64,000 nucleotides of DNA from Candidatus Levyibacteriota bacterium (lineage in GTDB: Bacteria > Patescibacteriota > Microgenomatia > Levybacterales > UBA12049), in contig OY970292.1 of NCBI GenBank assembly GCA_963716145.1, forward strand, positions 965,404-1,029,403, written 5' to 3'. The notes under the pieces were generated by a model that had not been told where the DNA came from, ran no database searches, and saw only the letters and a program-made list of their open reading frames with translations. Each line of letters opens with the position of its first letter. Within the stretch, counting starts at the first letter, position 1. Shown here piece after piece: positions 47,458-57,144 of this stretch. The position numbers and the translations under genes were made by a program.

Positions 47458-47919
47458 ATGAACAGAAATATTTTAATAGCAATTGTAGTAATTTTGGTTA
47501 TTGGTGGTGTTGTTATGGTTCAAAATAGTTCTAAAACACAAACAACCAATCCCGGTGCTCAGACTCAAACTCCGTCTGAAAAAGATGATTCAAAAATGGA
47601 TAAATCAGAAACAGAGCCATCCGCTAGTGCGATGGAGGATGATGAGAAGAACGCAAATGAGATTACATTGACAAGTAGTGGATTTTCACCAGCAACTATC
47701 ACCATTAAAGCAGGAGAGAAAGTTGTATGGAAGAATGAAAGCGGAGGTCCAGCCACTGTTGATTCTGCACAGCATCCCACTCATCTGGTTTATCCAAAGT
47801 TAAATTTGGGTAGATTTGAAGATGGAGAAGAGCTAAGTTTGGTTTTTGATGAACCTGGCAAATATAACTATCACGACCACCTTAATGCATCAAGATTTGG
47901 AACAGTGGTTGTTGAGTAA
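47458..47919 (+). CDS. membrane-anchored or secreted cupredoxin-like beta-sandwich protein (no Cys copper ligand)
   Basis: N-terminal TM, then …ITLTSSGFSPATITIKAGEKVVWKNESGGPATVDSAQHP…YNYHDHLNASRFGTVVVE, a plastocyanin/EfeO-like pattern lacking a cysteine. Confidence 0.4.
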   Translation: MNRNILIAIVVILVIGGVVMVQNSSKTQTTNPGAQTQTPSEKDDSKMDKSETEPSASAMEDDEKNANEITLTSSGFSPATITIKAGEKVVWKNESGGPATVDSAQHPTHLVYPKLNLGRFEDGEELSLVFDEPGKYNYHDHLNASRFGTVVVE

Positions 47920-47940
47920 AAAGCGTGCTAAAATATCTGC

Positions 47941-50892
47941 ATGGCAGACCTGAAAAATCTGAATGCCGAACAACTTCAGGCGGTAACGCACGGAGAGGGC
48001 CCTCTTCTCATTATTGCTGGAGCGGGAACCGGTAAAACAACCGTTGTCACAACCCGCATTCAGAATCTAATACTTGAGAGAAAAATTCCACCGGGCAATA
48101 TTTTGGCGTTGACTTTTACCGAAAAGGCGGCCTCCGAGATGGAGACAAGAATTGATGAAATAATGCCTTTTGGCTACACGCAGATGTGGATTGAGACTTT
48201 TCATGCATTTGCTGATCGGATTTTGCGAGCGGAAGCAATTCATATTGGTCTTAATCCCGGTTTTGATTTATTGACTGAAGCAGAGTCCTTACTCTTTTTA
48301 AGAAAACATTTATTTGAGTTTAATCTTGAATACTTCAGACCTCTTGGAAATCCCATGAAATTTCTTCAAGGAATGCTAAATCATTTCGCGAGACTTAAGG
48401 ACGATGATATATCACCTGATAATTATCTGGAATATGCAAAAAAAGCTAAAGGTGAGGCTGATGAGATCAAAAAGACTTTGGAACTTGTAAATGCATTTAA
48501 AAAATATGAAGAACTTAAGGCAAAAAAAGGCGTTATGGATTTTTCAGATTTGATCAGTAACACGCTGAAGCTTTTTAGAACCCGCAAGAATATATTGGCA
48601 GAGTATCAAAAATTGTTCCAATATGTTTTGGTTGACGAATTTCAGGATACCAATTACGCACAAAATGAACTTGCAATTCTTTTAAGCGGTAATAAAAAAA
48701 ATATCACAGTTGTAGGTGATGATGACCAAAGTATTTATAGATGGCGGGGGGCTGCAATCTCCAATATGATTCAATTCAGGTCACATTTTCCAAAAGCCAA
48801 AATTGTAGCACTTACCAAAAATTATCGCTCAACCCAAAATATATTGGACGCGTCTTATAAATTAATTCAAAACAATAATCCCGACAGACTTGAGGTTAAG
48901 GAAAAAATTGACAAGAAACTTGTCTCAAAGCGTGAAATTAAAGGAAGCGAGCCTGAGTTTATCTACACGAATAAAGCAGAGGATGAAGCAGAAGAAGTCG
49001 CAAAAAAAATTCTAGAAATCTCCAAAAAATCAAACCTAAAATATAATGATTTTGCATTACTTGTGCGGGCAAATGATCATGCACTGCCTTTTCAAAAAGC
49101 GTTTGAGCGGAAAAGAATACCTTATCAATTTTTGGGCCCCGGACATCTTTTTCAACAGTCGGAAATTAAAGATTTAATCGCGTATCTTCATTCGCTGGCA
49201 AATTTTGAAGATACGGCAGCACTTTACAGAGTAATTACTCTGCCAATTTTTGATATTGAAGCCCGTGATGTTGCAGCTATTCTTAATTTTGCCAAAAAAA
49301 ATAACTACTCACTTTTTGAGGCAATGGAACAAGCAGAAAGTTCGAGTTTGACTCCAAGCGGAAAAGAAAAAATAAATCGGATAATTAAAATGATGAAACG
49401 GCATCTTGCAAGAATTCCGGCGGATTCTGCAGGACAAATTCTTTATTATTTTTTCGAAGACTCAGGTTTACTCGGTCATTATTTAGATCCTAAATCTCAG
49501 AGAACTGAAAAAGAAGCACAAAATGTCGCCAAATTTTTTGAAAAACTTCAGAATTTTGCGGCCAACCGCGAGGATGCTTCAGTTTTTGCTGTTGTTGATT
49601 GGATTGATCTATCAATGGAGCTTGGGGAAAGCCCGCTTGCTGCCGATATCGACTGGACTCAGAATAACGCAGTAAATATATTGACAGTTCACTCAAGCAA
49701 AGGACTTGAGTTTCCGATTGTTTTTGTTGTGAATCTGGTAACACAACGGTTCCCAAGTAGAGACAGAAAAGAGCAAATTCCGGTTCCGGAAAAATTGATT
49801 AAAGAAGTGCTGCCAACGGGAGATGAGTCGCTTCAGGAGGAGAGGCGGCTTTTTTATGTTGCGATGACGCGTGCAAAGGATAATTTATTTCTGACAGCTA
49901 GTAAATTTTATGGAGAAGGAAAAAGAGAAAGGAAACTGTCGCCATTTTTGGCAGAGAGTTTGGGGGAGGAATACATAAAAAGTGTTGTAAAAAAACAATC
50001 AACAGAGCCGCTTGATCAACAGCTCTCGCTCCTTGATATCGCAAATTCTCAAGCCCAAAACTCAAAAGAAGAAAAGTCTGTACCGCTTAATAGGCAGATT
50101 ATTACTCCAATTAACTACATCTCCTACTCTCAAATTGCAACTTTTTTAACATGTCCGCTTCACTACAAACTCCGTTATATTCTCAATTTCCCCTCGATAG
50201 CGGCACCTGCTCTAAGTTACGGAATTAGTGTTCATGCAACGCTTCGCGATATTCTACTTGTCGATAAATCAGCAGGCAAAATTGGGGAAGCGGAAATAAA
50301 AAATATTCTTAAAAAGAATTGGCTGCATGATGGATATAGCAGTAAAATTCATGAACAGCAGTCATATACCCAAGCCGAAAATATGCTGTCTGATTTTTGG
50401 AAAAACTACAAACAGGAAAAACCAAAAACAATTGGTATTGAGACGCCTTTTAGTTTTTGGCTCACCCATTCGGGACATTCGGCTGAGCTCAGTCGAAGCC
50501 CAGGCTCAGGGCAGGATAAATTAAAGATTGCAGGAAGAATTGATAGAGTTGATAAGTTGCCTGATGACAAAATCGAAATAATTGACTATAAAACAGGAAA
50601 AAATATGATTGATGAGAAGAAAGCAAAAGATGATTTGCAGTTGTCATTTTACGCTCTTGCAGCGACGGAAGTGAAGGATGATATTTTTAACAAAACTCCT
50701 GACGATATTGTTTTAACGCTTTATTACTTGGAAGCAAATCAAAAAATCTCAACAACCCGCTCAAAAGAAGAGCTGGAAAGTGCCAAAGAGAGAATATTAA
50801 AAATAGTTTCAGAGATTGAAACCAGTGATTTTAAATGCAGCGGAGGGATGCAGTGCAAAAATTGCGAATACAAAATGCTCTGCCACTCTTAA
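47941..50892 (+). CDS. UvrD/PcrA-type SF1 helicase fused to a C-terminal PD-(D/E)XK nuclease domain with an Fe-S Cys cluster (AddA/AddB-like single-chain helicase-nuclease)
   Basis: LNAEQLQAVTHGEGPLLIIAGAGTGKTTV (motifs Q/I), VDEFQDTN (II), …VGDDDQSIYRWRGA… (III), and the later TVHSSKGLEF… (V/VI). C-terminus: …RIDRVDKL…IEIIDYKTGK (RecB nuclease motif) and …C…CSGGMQCKNCEYKMLC. Confidence 0.8.
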   Translation: MADLKNLNAEQLQAVTHGEGPLLIIAGAGTGKTTVVTTRIQNLILERKIPPGNILALTFTEKAASEMETRIDEIMPFGYTQMWIETFHAFADRILRAEAIHIGLNPGFDLLTEAESLLFLRKHLFEFNLEYFRPLGNPMKFLQGMLNHFARLKDDDISPDNYLEYAKKAKGEADEIKKTLELVNAFKKYEELKAKKGVMDFSDLISNTLKLFRTRKNILAEYQKLFQYVLVDEFQDTNYAQNELAILLSGNKKNITVVGDDDQSIYRWRGAAISNMIQFRSHFPKAKIVALTKNYRSTQNILDASYKLIQNNNPDRLEVKEKIDKKLVSKREIKGSEPEFIYTNKAEDEAEEVAKKILEISKKSNLKYNDFALLVRANDHALPFQKAFERKRIPYQFLGPGHLFQQSEIKDLIAYLHSLANFEDTAALYRVITLPIFDIEARDVAAILNFAKKNNYSLFEAMEQAESSSLTPSGKEKINRIIKMMKRHLARIPADSAGQILYYFFEDSGLLGHYLDPKSQRTEKEAQNVAKFFEKLQNFAANREDASVFAVVDWIDLSMELGESPLAADIDWTQNNAVNILTVHSSKGLEFPIVFVVNLVTQRFPSRDRKEQIPVPEKLIKEVLPTGDESLQEERRLFYVAMTRAKDNLFLTASKFYGEGKRERKLSPFLAESLGEEYIKSVVKKQSTEPLDQQLSLLDIANSQAQNSKEEKSVPLNRQIITPINYISYSQIATFLTCPLHYKLRYILNFPSIAAPALSYGISVHATLRDILLVDKSAGKIGEAEIKNILKKNWLHDGYSSKIHEQQSYTQAENMLSDFWKNYKQEKPKTIGIETPFSFWLTHSGHSAELSRSPGSGQDKLKIAGRIDRVDKLPDDKIEIIDYKTGKNMIDEKKAKDDLQLSFYALAATEVKDDIFNKTPDDIVLTLYYLEANQKISTTRSKEELESAKERILKIVSEIETSDFKCSGGMQCKNCEYKMLCHS

Positions 50893-50932
50893 AACATGCA
50901 ATAAAAATGAAAAGCTGCTTTTAGAGGATAAT

Positions 50933-51466
50933 TCAAGAAGAGCCGCAGTGTATGTCATCAATTAACCATTTTCCGCCAATTTGCGCCATTCTGAATACAT
51001 CATATTGAGCTCTTCCTCCAACATTTCCTGCGCTAATTTTTACCAATGGCTGCCCGATTTCATTATAAGTTACATCCCCCACCATTGACCCGCTACCTGA
51101 ATCATCTGAGCAAAAAACAGGATCATTTCCATTTTTGTAAGACTCCCTAAGAAGATCTTTAAAATCGTTACTCAGGTACATATTGTTACTAAAGCCTCCA
51201 TTTGCCAGTGGATTTGCCGGGCGTGAAAAATACCAGGCGTAAAATTCTTTAGCTACCCCATCAGGAGAAATTGAGGTTGGGCCTTGGGAAGGTTGTCCAA
51301 CGTTTGAAGAATTATCAAAAGGTTTTTCTGAATTCCCAGACGATTGTTGTAGCTCTTTACTTTCTTTATTATTGATAGAACTTTGCATAAAAAGGAGAAT
51401 GCCAAATATCACCAAAAGAAGACCGCCGGTAGCCGCAAGAAGCGTATACTGTTTTTTGATATCCAT
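50933..51466 (-). CDS. hypothetical secreted protein with an N-terminal TM anchor
   Basis: 177 aa: N-terminal hydrophobic helix, S/N/G-rich linker, globular C-terminus with two Cys. Confidence 0.45.
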   Translation of the reverse strand: MDIKKQYTLLAATGGLLLVIFGILLFMQSSINNKESKELQQSSGNSEKPFDNSSNVGQPSQGPTSISPDGVAKEFYAWYFSRPANPLANGGFSNNMYLSNDFKDLLRESYKNGNDPVFCSDDSGSGSMVGDVTYNEIGQPLVKISAGNVGGRAQYDVFRMAQIGGKWLIDDIHCGSS

Positions 51467-51563
51467 AGCTATATATACTATAAAAGATTACATTGACTCG
51501 TGTCAATTGATCTATATAAAACTTGACAAGTTTTTTGAAAAATCTCTATACTGGGATAGATAA

Positions 51564-52439
51564 ATGAAAATCAGTAAGAAAAGCAGGGGAAGCATAGGAG
51601 GGGGAACATTATATGTAGTTCTTATTATGTTAATCCTTGGCGTATTATCGTTTGAGCTGATGGGCGGAAAGTTGCCTTCATCCCAAAGCAACCCCAGCGG
51701 ACAAGAAGTAATAGTTGATCCTTTCGTACCGGATCCTACTAAGGGAAATCTTCAACTATACACGTTTTTAGGGCACACTCCTGTGCCAACGCCCCCGATA
51801 ACGTCTGAACTTTGTAGTAACAGCGGAGGACAGAACGAATTCGGTTCTCTGGTTGGATTTTCTCCTACTCCCGATGGTAGGGTGGTGGATGGAAAGCTGA
51901 GAATTTGGGTAATCGATGAAAAGCCTCCGTTGCTGGCTCCGGGACAAACACTTGATCCCAACGGTGTTCCTCAAGGCGGAGATCTTACTCAAAAAAGGGG
52001 TATTTTCCCTTTGGGTCCAACACTCTATATTTTCCCAAATACAGTTGAAAGGGGCGGTACACCTTATACCCCCAATTTTGTTAAAGGCACTGTAAATAAC
52101 GGGCGCGATCTTAGGGGCCCTACAATCGATTCGGACTATAAGCAGTTTCAGAATGGACCTGATTTTGTAGGTAATCCTTCCCCAATTGACCTACCCAAAC
52201 CTGGTAGAAATGTATTCTTTGGAAAGAGGTACGAAACAGAATATATTGCTGAATTTACCTGGAACATAAGCTCTCTAGGGCTTGGCCCGGTACTCATCAA
52301 GTACAATTTGCGGCATATGATGGTGATGGTGACCGGGCAGCGGGTTGTACCTCTTTTACCATTTAATAAATATCCAGCTCCTTATTTAACCCACCAATCT
52401 ATATTCATTTGTAATTTTAAAATAGACCACATATACTAA
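51564..52439 (+). CDS. hypothetical membrane-anchored extracytoplasmic protein
   Basis: 291 aa: N-terminal TM (LYVVLIMLILGVLSF), a P/G/T-rich region, no recognisable motif. Confidence 0.45.
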   Translation: MKISKKSRGSIGGGTLYVVLIMLILGVLSFELMGGKLPSSQSNPSGQEVIVDPFVPDPTKGNLQLYTFLGHTPVPTPPITSELCSNSGGQNEFGSLVGFSPTPDGRVVDGKLRIWVIDEKPPLLAPGQTLDPNGVPQGGDLTQKRGIFPLGPTLYIFPNTVERGGTPYTPNFVKGTVNNGRDLRGPTIDSDYKQFQNGPDFVGNPSPIDLPKPGRNVFFGKRYETEYIAEFTWNISSLGLGPVLIKYNLRHMMVMVTGQRVVPLLPFNKYPAPYLTHQSIFICNFKIDHIY

Positions 52440-52446
52440 AATAAGC

Positions 52447-52776
52447 ATGAAAAGCTATTTATTTTTACCTTTTGCTTTATTAAAATTCTGGTATATTGAA
52501 AGCCCTAGGGAAATTGTCGGCTTTTTTGGCTCACTGAATAAGTCATTTTTCCAAATATTTGCACTTCCTCTTTTTCTTAGGACATTTTTCAAACCTTTAA
52601 AAAACGAGTACAGGCAAGGTTTAGTTGGTTTCTCAAGAGCTATGGGAATGTTCATCAAATCATTTTTCATCATAGCCGATCTTATCTTATTAATTCCTCT
52701 TTTAGTGGTTGAATTGCTCGTAATAATTTTATTTCTGGGTTTTCCGATTATGACAGTGATGTTATTATTTTTATGA
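52447..52776 (+). CDS. small membrane protein, hypothetical
   Basis: 109 aa, two or three TM helices. Its stop overlaps the start of the next Clp-like gene. Confidence 0.4.
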   Translation: MKSYLFLPFALLKFWYIESPREIVGFFGSLNKSFFQIFALPLFLRTFFKPLKNEYRQGLVGFSRAMGMFIKSFFIIADLILLIPLLVVELLVIILFLGFPIMTVMLLFL

Positions 52777-55181
52777 TTAAATACGCAAAAATATATCATT
52801 TTTACCGCAGCGCTTTGATGCGAAGTTTAAGGCTTGGGGTTGCTGCTATTTTACTTTTTATTATTGTTAATCAATTTTCTCATGGAATAACTTCCAAAGT
52901 TCCGTTATTTCTTTTTAATCTATTTGTAATTTTTGAGGTATTTTTCCATCATCATGTAAGCAAAATTACACCTAAGCTAATTGTTTCAAAGAACCCTGGA
53001 AAAGACGTATATCAATCTTTCACTATGCAGGCTCTTTTACCATTTGTTACTGAGCAAAAGACAAGCGGGATAATTAAAAAATTAATTAAATATTCGTCTG
53101 TTAAACTTTTTATGCAAAAAGCCAATATAGCCAAACAGGACTTGGCATATGTGGATTTGGATAAAGATTTGCTTGCAAAAAGTGCGTTTGACGCGGCAGT
53201 CACCTTCAAAGGTAAGCTTGTAACCACCGTTGACGTACTTGTTGCTTACCTTTTTCTTATTGAGCAGGATAAAAAATTGCTTTTTGCAAAGCAACTGAAA
53301 TCAGAAGATTTATATAATATTTCTTATTGGATAAGGCTGGAAGCTCCACAGGAAGAAAATCCCAAAAAAGTTCGCGTCCATTTTGACGGATCAGGAATAG
53401 GAGAGAGTCTGGTTTCGGGCTGGACTCCTGAAACAAAAAAATACACGTCTCTATTTACATCTACCGCTCTTAAATATACCCCGCTGATACGGGGAAGAGA
53501 AAATGAGTTCAAAACAATGCTTGAAGCTCTGATAAAAGTGGAAAATAACAACGTGCTTCTGGTTGGAGATATTGGGGAGGGTAAGGAGAATCTGGTTAGG
53601 GCGCTTGCCTACTTTAGTTTTGAGGGAGAATTGGGGGGATATCTTAACTACAAACGCGTTTTGGAACTTTTGGTGGGCGCATTGACAGCTGGTGCAACAA
53701 ATAGATCAGATTTAGAGGGAAGGCTTCAGGAAATAATTGCTGAGATTTCTCATGCACAAGACGTTTTAATATATGTTCCGGATTTTCAAAACATACTCGG
53801 AGCATCTTCCTATGGTCTTGATCTTTCAGGAGCACTTCTTCCTTTCCTTAAGACAGGGAATCTGCCTCTTATCGCGACGATGACAACTGGTAGTTACAAG
53901 ACTTACATGGAGAAAAATCCATTAAAAGAAGCATTTACAATCATTATATTAAAAGAACCGGATAAAAATACTGCTATACAGATGATATTGGGGGATTCCT
54001 CAACAATTGAAAAAAAATATAATGTGATTTTAAGCTACAGAAGTATTTCAAGTGCGGTTGAGCTAGCTGATCGTTTTGTTCAGGATCAAGCATTGCCGGG
54101 AGCAGCCATAGCACTTCTTGAGACAGTTGCCAACAAAATTGCTCTCGCGAAAGATGTTCCACGTTTTGAAGGATCGCACCGCAAAATCGTGCTGGAAGAA
54201 CACGTAGTTAAGCAGGTTGAACAGGAGGCTCATGTCGCGATAGGAATGCCCTCAGGCGAGGAAATTAACTTGCTTCTTCACCTGGAAGAAAAGCTCCATG
54301 AGCGGGTAATTGAGCAAAACGAGGCAGTAACCGCGATTTCCGAGGCAATGAGAAGAGTCAGGTCAGGTATGATGACATCTGAAAAGCCTGTGTCTTTTCT
54401 TTTCTTGGGACCCACAGGAGTCGGAAAGACAGAAACAGCCAAAACGCTTGCCGATTTTTATTATGGAGGTGAGAAAAACATGATCAGGCTTGATATGAGT
54501 GAATATACAGGGGAGGACGGGCTTAAGCGGTTGCTGGGAGCCTCTCCCGGGCAGGGGGAGGAGCGGGGGGAATTGACGGATAAGGTTCACGATAATCCGG
54601 CAAGCCTTATTCTTCTTGATGAGTTTGAGAAAGCAAATCCGGCTATTCATAATTTATTCCTACAAGTTTTGGATGACGGGCGGTTAACCGATAACAAAGG
54701 CGTAACTGTTAGTTTTCGTAATGCCATAATTATTGCGACTTCAAACGCAGGTTCTGAATATATTCGCGAAGAAGGAGGGAAAGGAACAAAAATGGACAAG
54801 CAATTTCAGCAAAAATTATTGGATTATTTACAGACCAAAAATCTTTTTAAGCCGGAACTATTGAACCGTTTTGATGGTGTAATTACATTTAAACCTCTTG
54901 GAACAGCGCAGGTTACACAAGTCGTAAATTTACTCTTGAAAAGTCTGACGAAATCACTTGAGGATCAGGATATAAAGCTTGTTTTTGAGCCTGCGGTTAT
55001 AGAAAAGATTTCAAACGAAGGCTTTGATCCGGAATTTGGCGCCAGACCTCTGAAGCGTTACATTCAAGACAATATTGAAGATATGATCGCGCAGAAAAAG
55101 CTGACTAAGGAATTGGATCGGGGTAAAACAGCTACTTTCTCAATCGACGGCACAGGAGCACTCAATCTTACGGTTTCCTAA
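52773..55181 (+). CDS. membrane-anchored Clp-like double-AAA+ protein with a degenerate D1 and an intact D2
   Basis: N-terminal TM helices (LGVAAILLFIIVNQF…, LFLFNLFVIFEVFF) and a Clp_N-like region. D1 Walker A GDIGEGKENLVRALA (Thr→Glu), Walker B region VLIYVPDFQN (no DE). D2 [28 protein letters not shown] and sensor …ATSNAGSEY… are intact. No IGF/LGF loop. Confidence 0.75.
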   Translation: MIKYAKIYHFYRSALMRSLRLGVAAILLFIIVNQFSHGITSKVPLFLFNLFVIFEVFFHHHVSKITPKLIVSKNPGKDVYQSFTMQALLPFVTEQKTSGIIKKLIKYSSVKLFMQKANIAKQDLAYVDLDKDLLAKSAFDAAVTFKGKLVTTVDVLVAYLFLIEQDKKLLFAKQLKSEDLYNISYWIRLEAPQEENPKKVRVHFDGSGIGESLVSGWTPETKKYTSLFTSTALKYTPLIRGRENEFKTMLEALIKVENNNVLLVGDIGEGKENLVRALAYFSFEGELGGYLNYKRVLELLVGALTAGATNRSDLEGRLQEIIAEISHAQDVLIYVPDFQNILGASSYGLDLSGALLPFLKTGNLPLIATMTTGSYKTYMEKNPLKEAFTIIILKEPDKNTAIQMILGDSSTIEKKYNVILSYRSISSAVELADRFVQDQALPGAAIALLETVANKIALAKDVPRFEGSHRKIVLEEHVVKQVEQEAHVAIGMPSGEEINLLLHLEEKLHERVIEQNEAVTAISEAMRRVRSGMMTSEKPVSFLFLGPTGVGKTETAKTLADFYYGGEKNMIRLDMSEYTGEDGLKRLLGASPGQGEERGELTDKVHDNPASLILLDEFEKANPAIHNLFLQVLDDGRLTDNKGVTVSFRNAIIIATSNAGSEYIREEGGKGTKMDKQFQQKLLDYLQTKNLFKPELLNRFDGVITFKPLGTAQVTQVVNLLLKSLTKSLEDQDIKLVFEPAVIEKISNEGFDPEFGARPLKRYIQDNIEDMIAQKKLTKELDRGKTATFSIDGTGALNLTVS

Positions 55182-55473
55182 AGTCTATCTTTCTCAACTC
55201 ACCCTTGACATTATGATTTGGGGCTGCTGATCTAACTGCCAGAACGGTTCGATTTAAGGCAGCTTCGTCTAAACCAAAACTAACCACAGTAACACCGTTT
55301 GGTGATACGTGCAATGCTCCCCTATCTCTTTCGGGACCATTTATGCCCATTAATCTCATATCTCTCACTAAGTCATCAGGACCACGGCCCATACCGGAAA
55401 CAAATAAATCACCTCCGCTTCGGACATAAGGAGCGGATGGTATTCCCACGCATTCTGGACCAAATCTAGGCAT
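55168..55473 (-). CDS. hypothetical small protein; GC-richer than its surroundings; paralogous to 55555..55938
   Basis: 101-aa ORF. Shares a GP…(D)xxFV(S/G)SGxG… core with the neighbouring ORF. No plus-strand ORF of ≥60 aa overlaps it. Confidence 0.3.
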   Translation of the reverse strand: MPRFGPECVGIPSAPYVRSGGDLFVSGMGRGPDDLVRDMRLMGINGPERDRGALHVSPNGVTVVSFGLDEAALNRTVLAVRSAAPNHNVKGELRKIDFRKP

Positions 55474-55554
55474 ATAATTGCATTATATAAATTTAAAATT
55501 TAAAGTCAAGGAGAGATAATGTTAGATTTTTTGACGTAACTAACAATATATAAT

Positions 55555-55938
55555 TTAGCGTCTCATGCCTGCGGGGGTTGGGCGTCTCTCTCCAATTGGG
55601 GTGGGGGGTCTTTCGCCTATTATGCTATAACTGGGTCCTGCTAATTCTCCTATGTGTGCGATAGTCTCTGGTCTTATAATAGATCTGGGTGATCCATCTG
55701 GTGAAGGAACTGGTTCCACAGAAAAAACATCACCACGTCTACTACTCAGAAATCCTTCTTGAATACCTTCATTCCCTATCTCCACGCCGTCTCTCCGCAT
55801 CGCCGCAATTAGGGCAGCATGAGTAGTGTCCTTTGCAATCCCAGCATAAAAAGTAGTACCTGACCCCACAAATATTCTATCTAATCCGTCTTGTTGCGCT
55901 TCTGCAAAGATGCGCGGTCCAAGTGTTGATTTTGCCAT
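55555..55938 (-). CDS. hypothetical small protein with a Pro/Arg-rich C-terminal tail; GC-rich; paralog of 55168..55473
   Basis: MAKSTLGPRIFAEAQQDGLDRIFVGSGTTFYAGIAKDTTHAALIAAMRRDGVEIG…, then a C-terminal GERPPTPIGERRPTPAGMRR repeat. Confidence 0.3.
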   Translation of the reverse strand: MAKSTLGPRIFAEAQQDGLDRIFVGSGTTFYAGIAKDTTHAALIAAMRRDGVEIGNEGIQEGFLSSRRGDVFSVEPVPSPDGSPRSIIRPETIAHIGELAGPSYSIIGERPPTPIGERRPTPAGMRR

Positions 55939-56016
55939 ATATTTTGTATTATATAAATTTTCAGTCAAAAGTCAAGGTTGTGGGATCGAGCTTATTTTGC
56001 TATACTAGGCTTTAAT

Positions 56017-57144
56017 ATGCCGGCAGTACAGAGATCAGAATTTTCACTAGCACTTAATCAAGTCGCCTCAGAAAGAGGAGTCGACGTTGATGTCGTGTTG
56101 GACACAGTCAAGAACGCGATTCTCGCGGCATACCGCAAAGACCACGCGGGAGTTGAGGTTGAAGAATATAGGGCAGAGCTAAACCCCAATACAGGAGAAG
56201 CGAAGATTTTCCATAATGACAAAGACGTAACGCCTCCGGGATTTGGCAGGATTGCAGCCCAGACAGCAAAGCAGGTTATACTTCAGAAAATCCGTGAAAA
56301 AGAAAAAGAGGCGATATTTACAGATTACAGAGTAAAAATCGGGACTGTAATAAATGGCATGGTTTTGCGATTCGCGGGAGTGAATATAATCGTTGATATT
56401 GGAAAAGCTGAGGCTATTATGCCTCTTTCTGAGCAGGTGCCCAATGAAAAATACCATCTCAACCAGCGCCTTGGGTTTTATATGGTTGATATCCGTGAGG
56501 GTATGAAGGGAGACGAGATTATTGTATCCCGCGCGGCAAGCGGATTGGTTGAAGGCTTATTCAAGCGTGAAGTTCCAGAGATTGCATCAGGAAGCGTTGA
56601 GATAAAAGCCATAGTGCGCGAGCCTGGAAATCGTTCAAAAGTAGCGGTTTTTTCTTCACAACCAGGTATTGATCCGGTAGGATCATGTGTCGGACAAAAA
56701 GGGGTGCGGGTTCAATCAATAATTCAGGAATTGGGCGGACTTGAAAAAGTTGATATTATTCAATGGGCTGAGGAGCCAAAGACATATATTGCCCAAGCTC
56801 TGTCTCCTGCCAAAAATGTGCGTGTTGAGATAAATGAGGAAGATAAAGTTGCCCGCGTTTTTGTGCCTACAGAGGAACTATCTCTGGCAATTGGTAAAGA
56901 GGGTCAAAATGTCCGGCTTGCCCATAAGCTTACAGGCTACAGAATCGAAATAGAAGGAAAAGAAGAAGCTCCGGCAGAAGGCGAAGAAGCCTCAGCCGCT
57001 GGCAGTGAAGAGAAGGTCATCGTTGAACCAGGTGAGTCGAAGGAAAAGGGTGTAAAAGCGGCAAAACCAAAAGCAACTGCGAAAAAGACCCTTCGGCAGG
57101 CTCAGGGTAAAGCAAAGGCAACTAAAAAATCAGAAGAGAAATAA
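56017..57144 (+). CDS. nusA: transcription termination/antitermination factor NusA (no C-terminal AR domains) with a Lys/Ala/Glu-rich tail
   Basis: N-terminal domain, S1 (…GTVINGMVLRFAGVNIIVDIGKAEAIMPLSEQVPNEKY…), two KH domains (…GIDPVGSCVGQKGVRVQSIIQELGG…; …LAIGKEGQNVRLAHKLTGYRIEI…). Confidence 0.85.
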   Translation: MPAVQRSEFSLALNQVASERGVDVDVVLDTVKNAILAAYRKDHAGVEVEEYRAELNPNTGEAKIFHNDKDVTPPGFGRIAAQTAKQVILQKIREKEKEAIFTDYRVKIGTVINGMVLRFAGVNIIVDIGKAEAIMPLSEQVPNEKYHLNQRLGFYMVDIREGMKGDEIIVSRAASGLVEGLFKREVPEIASGSVEIKAIVREPGNRSKVAVFSSQPGIDPVGSCVGQKGVRVQSIIQELGGLEKVDIIQWAEEPKTYIAQALSPAKNVRVEINEEDKVARVFVPTEELSLAIGKEGQNVRLAHKLTGYRIEIEGKEEAPAEGEEASAAGSEEKVIVEPGESKEKGVKAAKPKATAKKTLRQAQGKAKATKKSEEK

